DNA of 34,966 bases from the NCBI GenBank assembly GCA_902803255.1, contig CADCPG010000066.1:1-34966 (forward strand). The letters are read 5' to 3'. Shown here one piece after another: positions 25,672 to 33,525 of the stretch. The DNA is from an uncultured Ruminococcus sp. (GTDB lineage Bacteria; Bacillota; Clostridia; Oscillospirales; CAG-272). A program made the position numbers and the translations under genes. Position 1 is the first letter of the stretch; each line of letters begins with the position of its first letter. The notes beneath the pieces are model-generated. The model saw only the letters and a list, made by a program, of their open reading frames with translations. It was not told the origin of the DNA and ran no database searches.

Positions 25672-26778
25672 TCACTTTCCGAGAGGCATAAGTTCCGCGA
25701 ATATCCTCTCCTCGGTGTCTTTCCTGAAGACGAACACCTTGTACGGCTTGAGCGAGAAGCCGACATGGCCGCTCGACGGGACCGACGTATCGGAGGCGAT
25801 TATCGAGCGGACGAATGGATTGAGGGAGGCGGGATTTTTCGTCACGACGCTTATGTCGCGCCCCATGACCTCGATGCTCTCGATGAGGCAGGAGAGGCTG
25901 CCGCCGTCGGGAATGAAGCCCTCGGGACGGACGCCGACGGTGACCGCGCAGTCGGCATGGGCGATCGAGAAGACGGCGTCGGTGCCGATGTAGAGCACGC
26001 CTTTTTCGATCTTTCCGTCGAAGACGTTGATAGGAGGAGTGCCGAGAAACTTTGCGACGAAGAGGTTGACGGGGCTGTCGTATACGGCCTGGGGGGCGCC
26101 GGTCTGCTGGACCGTGCCGTCCTTCATGACCACGATCTCGTCGGAGATCGACATCGCCTCCTCCTGGTCGTGCGTCACGAAGATAGTGGTGATACCGGTC
26201 TCGCGCTGGATGCGGCGGATCTCTTCGCGGGTCTGGAGACGCAGCCTCGCGTCGAGGTTGGAGAGAGGCTCGTCGAGCAGGAGCACGCGGGGCATCTTGA
26301 CGAGGGCGCGGGCGATAGCAACGCGCTGCTGCTGTCCGCCCGAGAGCTCGCTGGGCTTGCGGTCGAGCAGTTCGTCGAGCTGGACCAGCTTCGCGGCCTC
26401 GACGGTGCGTCTTAGCATCTCGTCCTTGGTAAGCCTGTCCTTTCCCTTCAAATTCTGGAGAGGGAAGAGGATGTTCTGCTTGACGGTAAGATGGGGATAG
26501 AGCGCGTAGTTCTGAAAGACCATGCCGACTCCGCGGTTCTCGGGAGACAGCTCGGTGACGTCGTCGTCGCCGAAGAAGATCTTTCCTCTTGTCGGCTTTT
26601 CGAGTCCGCTGATCATGTAGAGCGTCGTCGACTTGCCGCAGCCAGAAGGTCCGAGCAGACCGATGAGCTTGCCGTCGGGGATCTCGAAATTGAAATCGTT
26701 AACCGCAACGACATCCTTCTTGATCTTCTTGTTCCGGTTGGGGAACACTTTTGTGAGGTTCTGAAGTGCGACTTTCAT
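25672..26778 (-). CDS. ABC transporter ATP-binding protein (MalK/UgpC/MsmX family)
   Basis: Walker A GPSGCGKST, Q-loop, signature LSGGQQQRV, Walker B LLLDEPLS and a C-terminal TOBE-like regulatory domain. SD AAGGAG lies upstream. Confidence 0.94.
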   Translation of the reverse strand: MKVALQNLTKVFPNRNKKIKKDVVAVNDFNFEIPDGKLIGLLGPSGCGKSTTLYMISGLEKPTRGKIFFGDDDVTELSPENRGVGMVFQNYALYPHLTVKQNILFPLQNLKGKDRLTKDEMLRRTVEAAKLVQLDELLDRKPSELSGGQQQRVAIARALVKMPRVLLLDEPLSNLDARLRLQTREEIRRIQRETGITTIFVTHDQEEAMSISDEIVVMKDGTVQQTGAPQAVYDSPVNLFVAKFLGTPPINVFDGKIEKGVLYIGTDAVFSIAHADCAVTVGVRPEGFIPDGGSLSCLIESIEVMGRDISVVTKNPASLNPFVRSIIASDTSVPSSGHVGFSLKPYKVFVFRKDTEERIFAELMPLGK

Positions 26779-26816
26779 TTGGGCTCCTTATATTTGTTTT
26801 TTAATAATGCGCGGTG

Positions 26817-27578
26817 TCAGTGATTTTCCTGCTCAAGTCCGGCGTAGCCGTCCGGGTCCTCAAGATACCTGTTCAGGGATTCCTCGTCCGGGAAGATGTT
26901 CTGGCTGCCGAAGTCGACGACCACGGTGTCGGCAAGCAGGTCGTGTATCGCCTGGTTCTTCTTCGTGACGATGATGAAGACGGTCTGGAGCACGGCGATG
27001 CCGAACAGGAGGATGAAGCCGAGTCCGCCCAGCGTCCCGAAATAGATCATGATCGCGATGAGCACCGGGATCATGGTCTCGAAGGTAAATTTGCCAAGCA
27101 TCGAGCGCACGAAGATCTGTGCGTTTCCCGCCTTTACCGAGTTCGTTCGCATGACGGCGAGCCCGAAGACCTTTTTCCCGACCGTCATCCCGTTCCTGAA
27201 GACGAGCGGCATGACGAACTCGAATACCGCGAACGATACGAAAAGGCTCACCGAGATCATGAAGAGAGTGAGGTTTATGACGGTGTTGTAGTCGTATGCC
27301 GCATCAGGATCGTTCTCGAGCGCGGTCTTGGCCTCGTCGTATACCGCCTTCTGCTCGTCGGTCAGCTTTTCGTAGTCCTCGGGGAGGATGTCGAAATCGA
27401 TGCCGTACCGCTCCTCGTAGGTGTTGTAGTACTCCTCAAGCTTGTCGGCGTAGCTGTCGTAGCGCGTGATCTTCGAGAGCAGCGTCATGAGTATCACGGT
27501 GAGCACGATAATGAGCAGGGCGTCGAGCAGCAGCGCCGAGATCCGTTTGGATACGGCGGCTTTCTGGATGTCAGTCAT
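26817..27578 (-). CDS. RDD family membrane protein
   Basis: The N-terminal KRISALLLDALLI TM segment and the C-terminal KKNQAIHDLLADTVVV segment are typical of RDD domains. A Tyr/Asp/Glu-rich soluble insert follows TM1. The start overlaps the upstream HD gene stop by 8 nt. Confidence 0.72.
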   Translation of the reverse strand: MTDIQKAAVSKRISALLLDALLIIVLTVILMTLLSKITRYDSYADKLEEYYNTYEERYGIDFDILPEDYEKLTDEQKAVYDEAKTALENDPDAAYDYNTVINLTLFMISVSLFVSFAVFEFVMPLVFRNGMTVGKKVFGLAVMRTNSVKAGNAQIFVRSMLGKFTFETMIPVLIAIMIYFGTLGGLGFILLFGIAVLQTVFIIVTKKNQAIHDLLADTVVVDFGSQNIFPDEESLNRYLEDPDGYAGLEQENH

Positions 27579-28779
27579 CGAAATATCCCCTGTAGTTGAC
27601 GGTGTAACGGCGGTCGGGGAAGAGACGCCCGAAGATGTCGATGAAGTAGTCGTCGGTCATGCTGGCAAGATAGTCGACGACAAGCTGGTCGGGGTCTGTG
27701 TCCTCGTAAGGCTCCCTCCGCCTGTAATGCGCGGCGTTGACGTAGTCGATGTGATGTCTGAAGATCGGCGACCTCCTGTTGCCGGTGCGCAGATCCTCTT
27801 TGAACCTGTCGTAGAGCAGCGCCATCATCGGCCTTATGTTCTCGTCGAGACGGGCGGCGGCGGTCGCCGGACGGTAGATCATCGAATAGTTCTCGTGGAG
27901 CGCCGAGATCATCGCATCGAAGTGCCGCCTGTCCATCCTGATATACGGCTTTCCGTAGCTGTTCTCGATGATGTTGATCTCGAGGTTGTTTATTATCTCT
28001 GCGTTGATGCTGCCGATGGCGCTGTTACCGAAGGCCGATTCGGACAGGAATCCGGCCCTGTCGGCGTCCTGCCTGTCCTTGCCGAGATAGGCGATGATGT
28101 CGGAGAATCTCACGACGCAGCCTTCAAGCGTAGACGGGATCAGCTCTGATATATGCTTCCTGTCCTCCGTGCAGCTGCGCATAAGGGCGTCGAACTCCCC
28201 GAAGCTGTCGAGCTTTTTCGGATGAAGTTCGTCTACGAGCAGCTCGCCGTTGTGGCAGGCGATACCGATGAGGGTCTGAAGGCTCATGTTGTACTGGAAA
28301 ATGCCGTCGAGCACCCTCACCGAGTGGATATTGTGCGAGAAATGTCTCCCGCTGCGGCTGAAACTGAGCTCGTCGAGATATTTCTCGCCCGAGTGAGCGA
28401 AGGGGGGATGTCCTATGTCGTGGCCGAGAGAGATCGCCTCGATGAGATTGAGATTGAGGTTCAGGGCGGCTCCGATCGTGCGCGCCACTCTGGAGACGAG
28501 CTGAACGTGGAGGCCGCGCCTCGTTATGTCGTCGTTGCGGTATAGCGGGAAGACCTGCGTCTTGTCGGCGTATCTGTTGTAAAACGGACAGTACAGGATC
28601 TTGTCGGTGTCCTGCATGAATGTCGAGCGCAGCAGCGACGATTTGCCTCTTGAGGGCGGATAGCGCCGTATAGCCGTGGATTCGTCGAATCCGAGCTTCT
28701 CGAAAGTCCCGGTCGCCTTTTCGTACTGCATACGTTCGACGAGTTCGGGGCTGAGCGTTTCGTATTCAGGTATTTTCAT
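27571..28779 (-). CDS. dGTPase-like HD-domain dNTP triphosphohydrolase homologue
   Basis: RSTFMQDTDKILYCPFYNRYADKTQVF, GHDIGHPPFAH, RHFSHNIHSVRVL and SDIIAYLGKDRQDA parallel the Dgt-family motifs. ATGA overlap with the upstream membrane-protein gene. Confidence 0.85.
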   Translation of the reverse strand: MKIPEYETLSPELVERMQYEKATGTFEKLGFDESTAIRRYPPSRGKSSLLRSTFMQDTDKILYCPFYNRYADKTQVFPLYRNDDITRRGLHVQLVSRVARTIGAALNLNLNLIEAISLGHDIGHPPFAHSGEKYLDELSFSRSGRHFSHNIHSVRVLDGIFQYNMSLQTLIGIACHNGELLVDELHPKKLDSFGEFDALMRSCTEDRKHISELIPSTLEGCVVRFSDIIAYLGKDRQDADRAGFLSESAFGNSAIGSINAEIINNLEINIIENSYGKPYIRMDRRHFDAMISALHENYSMIYRPATAAARLDENIRPMMALLYDRFKEDLRTGNRRSPIFRHHIDYVNAAHYRRREPYEDTDPDQLVVDYLASMTDDYFIDIFGRLFPDRRYTVNYRGYFDD

Positions 28780-29840
28780 GTGTAATAGATTTCTTCGGTA
28801 TTTTTTGGTTCTTCCGGTCCGGCACCGGCGCCGTCTGACTCCCCTCCGGATTCGGGGACGGAAACAGCCGGCTCGTAATCGACCTCGGCGTCGGCGTCGT
28901 AGGCCGGGTCGTGACCTTTAGAGATCTGGCCGTATTCGGCTGCGAAGCATACGAACGAGACCGAGAGCGTGAGCATGACCGGAAGGCCGAGGCTGTCGAG
29001 CCTGTCGGTGATGCTTAAGACAAAGGCAGCGGCGGCGGGGACCGACGATATGAGGGCCGCGGGCAGCGTCTTCTTCCTCATCACGCATACGAAACACAGA
29101 ACGGCTGAACCGAATACGAGCAGCGTCAGCGCGAGCCCTGCCCGGAAGTCGGAGCCGTCGAGGCTGCCGAAGAATTTCTCTTTAATCTCGCCAGGGTCGA
29201 TCTGTCTGTTGAAGTGGTAATACAGCTCGCGGGCGGCGTCGGTGCCCCTGTTTTCGAATGAATCAATGACCATGCGGAGGAGGCGCGGGCTGCCCTTGAA
29301 CTTGTCGCTGATCTTGATCCCGTTCTCTTCAAGCTTTGTCAGGCCGTCGATAATGACGTAAAGGCCGTGCTGATATACGCTGCAGACCGAGCATATCGCG
29401 AGAGATACGGCTGTCGCCGCGAGCCCGGCGCGGCTGAGCGTCACAGAGCCCGTCAGTCTGTCCTGCCAGGCGCAGAGGATGACATCGCCCGCCGCTATGA
29501 CGGCGGCGAATATCGTCAGCACCATGGGGCGCTTGGTCAGCTGTCCGTTTGCGTAAAGCTGCAGCACGAAGGCGCACAGCAGGACGGCGACGAAGAGAGG
29601 GACGGCCGGTTTCTTCTTGAACAGGATGCCGGAGAGCGCCGCCAGCGAAAAGAACAGAACGAGCCTTATGTAGTCGCGGTTGAACTGCGCCTGCTCGATG
29701 AATGCCCGGACCTTGGAAATCCCGGCTTCGGCCTTCGCTTCGGGGAGGGTGAATTTCGCGTATGTCGCGAGAAGGTATATGAGTATGAAGACGGCCAGCA
29801 TGACTGCCAGTCCGTTCACGAATGCTCTGAGGGCTTTCAT
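28776..29840 (-). CDS. Polytopic membrane protein of unknown function
   Basis: 354 aa with about 8 hydrophobic segments, a central soluble insert and an acidic C-terminal tail (DADAEVDYEPAVSVPESGGESDG). No motif recognised. Coding is supported by the tight operon context. Confidence 0.65.
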   Translation of the reverse strand: MKALRAFVNGLAVMLAVFILIYLLATYAKFTLPEAKAEAGISKVRAFIEQAQFNRDYIRLVLFFSLAALSGILFKKKPAVPLFVAVLLCAFVLQLYANGQLTKRPMVLTIFAAVIAAGDVILCAWQDRLTGSVTLSRAGLAATAVSLAICSVCSVYQHGLYVIIDGLTKLEENGIKISDKFKGSPRLLRMVIDSFENRGTDAARELYYHFNRQIDPGEIKEKFFGSLDGSDFRAGLALTLLVFGSAVLCFVCVMRKKTLPAALISSVPAAAAFVLSITDRLDSLGLPVMLTLSVSFVCFAAEYGQISKGHDPAYDADAEVDYEPAVSVPESGGESDGAGAGPEEPKNTEEIYYT

Positions 29841-29883
29841 TTTAGTTCCTTTCGGAAAAGGGAGGTAACTGTCTGGTGCGGCA

Positions 29884-31776
29884 TCATCCCGGGATCCGTC
29901 TGAATCCCTCGGTGCTCCTGCCGGCGGCAGCGGGAAACGCTGCGCGAAACGGCAGCCCGTTTCTGTACGCCCCGATGACCTTACGGACGTCTTCCGGCTT
30001 TTCGACGGTGAATACGAAGTGAGTGCCGCAAAGGCCGGCTGCTGCGATGTCGCCGGTCCGGTCGGCCGTCCAGAAGGGGACTGAGTTGAATATCAGAGTC
30101 CGCCCGGATATGTCGAGAGCGGGGAATGAGACGCCGCGCCTGTCGGTCAGCCTGAAGAAACGCGGCGCTGTGCCGGATCCGGCATTTTTATCTGCGCGTC
30201 TGCCTCCGACCGGTACTCCCGTCGTCATCAGCGGCACACGGCCGTAGACTACGGCCAGCTTTCTGCCTCCGATATCGCGCATGCGGGGGAGAGTGAGCTC
30301 GGGCGAGAGGATAAAATCGCGGAACCCCTCCTCGGACGCGACGAGCGCCGACGGGGAGTTCGTGATGTTCAGCCTGTAGTCGCCGTGCGGCGTCATTCCG
30401 AACTCTTCGGCAAATCCGAGGTGTCCGATGTTGCCTACGAGCAGGTCGGTCGCTCCGGCTTCTGCGGCCGCCTTCAGGAGCGATCTCACCCCGTCTGTCT
30501 CGCTGTCGGTTATGACGGGCGGGAGCATGACCCCCCGCGGAGCCCTCCCCGACTTCGCGGCGACGGCGAAATACTCGAGCGGAATATAGGAGATGTCGAA
30601 GAACGAATCGGCCTCCGCCGTGTACGACGCCGGATCGAAGAAAACCGCCGTCCTGATCCTCGCAGGTTTTCCGGCTGATGAAGACGCTTCCTTTACCGCG
30701 CTTTTGATCTGCGCGTCGGTGAAGGCGGGATGTGCGGACGGGGCGGCAGGAGCGTCAAGGCCGACTGAGCGGGGAGTTTCAGCCGGTCTCTTACGCCCGG
30801 GGAATGACATATTCGCGTTATGAGCCGGTGCCGTCTGTCCGGCGTCCTCACGGCGACGGCCGAACATCGAGGCCGTGCGTTCGCCGGTGAAATACGCGTC
30901 GGTAAAACCGTCCCTCGAGAATACGGAGGAAAGATATTCTGTCTCGCCGGGTGTGGCGGCGCGTCTTTCGTCGAGCAGACGGCGGAACACGGATACCGCC
31001 GCGCTGACGTACGCTGGCGATTTCATCCTGCCTTCGATCTTTAGCGACGACACCCCGAGGTCCAGGATCTCGGGAATGCGGCTGGCAAGCGACAGGTCGC
31101 GCAGGCTAAGCGGATATGACGTCTTACCGCCGACCGTATACGGCAGTCTGCAGGGCTGCGCGCACTCGCCTCTGTTGCCCGATCTGCCGCCGACGAGAGA
31201 CGAGAAGAGGCACTGTCCGGAACACGAGACGCAAAGCGCCCCGTGCACGAAGATCTCGGTCTCGGCGCCGGTATTCGCGACGAAATACCTTATGTCTTCG
31301 CGGCTCATCTCCCTGGCGGGGACGATGCGCGAAAAACCGGCCTCGACGAGCCGCCGGCCGCCCTCGGCGTTGTGTACCGACATCTGAGTGCTCGCGTGGA
31401 GCGGCATCTCAGGGATAAAGCGGCGCAGCAGCGACGCCCCTCCCGCGTCGGCGACGATCAGCGCGTCGGCGCCGAGTTCTGCGGCCTTTTCGGCCGTCCG
31501 CAGCCATTCGGGGAACTCCCTGTCGTATATGAGGGTGTTGAGCGTGATATAGATCTTTACCGAGCTGCCGTGAGCCAGAGATACCGCGTCCCTCAGCGCC
31601 GCGTCTCCGAAGTTTTTCGCGTTTGCGCGGGCGTTGAACGACGTCATTCCGAGGTATACTGCGTCGGCTCCGGCCGAGACGGCCGCTTCGAGCGATTCGA
31701 ACGAGCCGGCCGGTGCGAGCAGCTCGGGAACGCCGGCCGGAGCCGCGATATCGGATCTTGTCTTTTCTTTTTCCAT
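29884..31776 (-). CDS. U32 family protein (peptidase U32 / RNA-hydroxylase-like), two tandem U32-like modules
   Basis: N-terminal module: ELLAPAGS...GADAVYLG, PLHASTQMSV and EIFVHGALCVSCSGQCLFSSLVGGRSGNRGECAQPCRLPY (CX6CX15CX3C). The C-terminal module is U32-like (GATDLLVGNIGHLG...RLNITNS...LSPELTL) but has no cysteines. Confidence 0.88.
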   Translation of the reverse strand: MEKEKTRSDIAAPAGVPELLAPAGSFESLEAAVSAGADAVYLGMTSFNARANAKNFGDAALRDAVSLAHGSSVKIYITLNTLIYDREFPEWLRTAEKAAELGADALIVADAGGASLLRRFIPEMPLHASTQMSVHNAEGGRRLVEAGFSRIVPAREMSREDIRYFVANTGAETEIFVHGALCVSCSGQCLFSSLVGGRSGNRGECAQPCRLPYTVGGKTSYPLSLRDLSLASRIPEILDLGVSSLKIEGRMKSPAYVSAAVSVFRRLLDERRAATPGETEYLSSVFSRDGFTDAYFTGERTASMFGRRREDAGQTAPAHNANMSFPGRKRPAETPRSVGLDAPAAPSAHPAFTDAQIKSAVKEASSSAGKPARIRTAVFFDPASYTAEADSFFDISYIPLEYFAVAAKSGRAPRGVMLPPVITDSETDGVRSLLKAAAEAGATDLLVGNIGHLGFAEEFGMTPHGDYRLNITNSPSALVASEEGFRDFILSPELTLPRMRDIGGRKLAVVYGRVPLMTTGVPVGGRRADKNAGSGTAPRFFRLTDRRGVSFPALDISGRTLIFNSVPFWTADRTGDIAAAGLCGTHFVFTVEKPEDVRKVIGAYRNGLPFRAAFPAAAGRSTEGFRRIPG

Positions 31777-31801
31777 TCGGTACTCCGGCCGTCGCGCAGC
31801 G

Positions 31802-32137
31802 TCAGACTTTTTCGTCGAAATCCGCGGCTGTAAGTTTTATGAGAAGGGAAGTGTCGTCGGGGAACACTTTCGCTCCGTAAGCGGCTTTGCAGCGGGATAT
31901 CTTCCCGCATTTCGTGCATCTGTGGATGATGACGAAGCCCTTTCTGCTGTCGGGAACTGCCTTGACGGGCTCCATGAGTCCGCCGCAGCCTGCCGCGCGG
32001 TCTCCCGGGTTTATGTCCAGGTGTACCGACCACAGGCAGCGGGGGCAGTGATTGCGCGACGTCTGTCCGAGCGGAGGCACTTCGCAGCCGCAGTGAGCGC
32101 AGACGAATCCCTCGTCGTTCTTAACGAAGCGTTTCAT
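31802..32137 (-). CDS. RNHCP domain-containing zinc-ribbon protein
   Basis: Contains the literal RNHCP motif (QTSRNHCPRCLWSVH) flanked by CAHCGC and HRCTKCGK cysteine pairs. 111 aa. Confidence 0.8.
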   Translation of the reverse strand: MKRFVKNDEGFVCAHCGCEVPPLGQTSRNHCPRCLWSVHLDINPGDRAAGCGGLMEPVKAVPDSRKGFVIIHRCTKCGKISRCKAAYGAKVFPDDTSLLIKLTAADFDEKV

Positions 32138-32157
32138 CGGGGAGATGCGGGGAGCCG

Positions 32158-33441
32158 TCAGGGCTTTATGATCTCCTGGCCGCCCATGTACGGACGCAGG
32201 ACCTCGGGGACGGTCACGGTGCCGTCGGCCTGCAGGTGGTTCTCAAGGAAGGCGATGAGCATGCGCGGAGGCGCGACGACAGTGTTGTTGAGGGTATGAG
32301 GCAGATACATCTTTCCGTCCGGGCCCTTTACACGCATCTTGAGCCTTCTCGACTGTGCGTCGCCCAGATTCGAGCAGGAGCAGACTTCGAAGTATTTCTT
32401 CTGCCTCGGCGACCAGGCCTCGATGTCGCACGATTTGACCTTGAGGTCGGCAAGGTCTCCCGAGCAGCATTCGAGCTGGCGGACGGGTATCCCCATCGAT
32501 CTGAAGAGCTCGACGGAGAACCTCCACATCTTATCATACCACGCCATGCTGTCTTCGGGGCGGCAGATGACTATCATTTCCTGCTTCTCGAACTGGTGGA
32601 TGCGGTAAACGCCGCGCTCCTCGATCCCGTGGGCGCCCTTTTCCTTTCTGAAGCAGGGAGAATAGCTGGTGAGCGTGAGCGGAAGATCGCCCTCGGGTAT
32701 GATCTGATCGATGAATCTGCCGATCATAGAGTGCTCGGACGTGCCGATGAGATAGAGATCCTCGCCCTCGATCTTGTACATCATAGCGTCCATGTCGGTC
32801 TGGCTCATAACGCCTTCAACGACGTTTCCGTGGATCATGAAGGGAGGAATGCAGTAGGTGAAGCCCTTGCCGATCATGAAGTCGCGGGCGTAGGCGAGCA
32901 CGGCGGAGTGAAGTCTCGCGATATCGCCGAGCAGATAGTAGAATCCGTTTCCGGAGACTCTGCCGGCCGAATCCATGTCGATGCCGCGGAGCCTCTCCAT
33001 TATTTCGGTATGGTAGGGGATCTCGTAATCGGGGACGACCGGCTCTCCGAATCTTTCGACTTCGACGTTCTCGCTGTCGTCGCGGCCGATCGGCACGCTG
33101 GGGTCGATGATATTGGGGATCTGGAGCAGTATCTTTCTGATCTTCTCCTGATATACCGGCTCGAGCTTCTCGAGATCCGAGAGCCGCACGGCCGATTCGG
33201 CGACCTTTTGCTTTACCTCGGCCGCCTCGTCGCGCCTGCCCTGCGCCATGAGGGCGCCGATCTGCTTCGAGAGCCTGTTCTTGTCGGCGCGCAGCTGCGA
33301 CGCCTCAGTGATGGTCCTGCGGCAGTCGTTGTCGAGCGATATGACCTCGTCTACGAGCGGGAGCTTCCAGTCCTGGAATTTATTTCTGATGTTCTGTTTT
33401 ACGATCTCGGGGTTGTCTCTTACGAATTTGATGTCAAGCAT
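32158..33441 (-). CDS. serS: Seryl-tRNA synthetase
   Basis: MLDIKFVRDNPE is the canonical SerS N-terminus, followed by a coiled-coil arm and class II motifs (TSEHSMIG, FRKEKGAHG, LNNTVVAPPR). The ORF track starts 22 codons upstream in an Arg/Lys-rich stretch; the ATG at 33441 with AGGAAAAG upstream is preferred. Confidence 0.96.
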   Translation of the reverse strand: MLDIKFVRDNPEIVKQNIRNKFQDWKLPLVDEVISLDNDCRRTITEASQLRADKNRLSKQIGALMAQGRRDEAAEVKQKVAESAVRLSDLEKLEPVYQEKIRKILLQIPNIIDPSVPIGRDDSENVEVERFGEPVVPDYEIPYHTEIMERLRGIDMDSAGRVSGNGFYYLLGDIARLHSAVLAYARDFMIGKGFTYCIPPFMIHGNVVEGVMSQTDMDAMMYKIEGEDLYLIGTSEHSMIGRFIDQIIPEGDLPLTLTSYSPCFRKEKGAHGIEERGVYRIHQFEKQEMIVICRPEDSMAWYDKMWRFSVELFRSMGIPVRQLECCSGDLADLKVKSCDIEAWSPRQKKYFEVCSCSNLGDAQSRRLKMRVKGPDGKMYLPHTLNNTVVAPPRMLIAFLENHLQADGTVTVPEVLRPYMGGQEIIKP

Positions 33442-33525
33442 TTTTCTTTTCCTGCGTTTCCTTGTGTGTTGTATTTTATTTAAATGATTTCCGTTCAGGA
33501 TCTGCACTGCGGGTCGGCCGTATGA

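Noticed and set aside
27571-28779. dGTPase-like HD protein as an anti-phage dNTP-depletion defence gene, with the surrounding region as a defence island.
   Set aside because: The neighbours are transport, RNA-modification and aaRS genes in a tight operon. No typical defence partners (nucleases of RM/Abi type, helicases, TIR/SIR2 and so on) or mobile-element hallmarks are present. A housekeeping or transport-linked role is more parsimonious, although defence activity cannot be excluded from sequence alone.
32236-33483. 415-aa + strand ORF antisense to serS. Comparable + strand ORFs lie at 25519-26415, 26814-27599, 27466-28149 and 33733-34359, opposite the ABC, RDD, HD and TIM-barrel genes.
   Set aside because: Same GC-driven artefact. 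The - strand frames carry the class II aaRS, Walker/ABC signature, HD and TIM-barrel motifs, and none of the + strand ORFs has an SD or a plausible promoter.
33442-33525. Searched for a T-box leader upstream of serS, which is common for aaRS genes in Firmicutes.
   Set aside because: Only 84 nt separate serS from the preceding CDS. That is far too short for a T-box (about 200-300 nt), and no T-box sequence (AATTAGGGTGGTACCGCG-like) or terminator is present.
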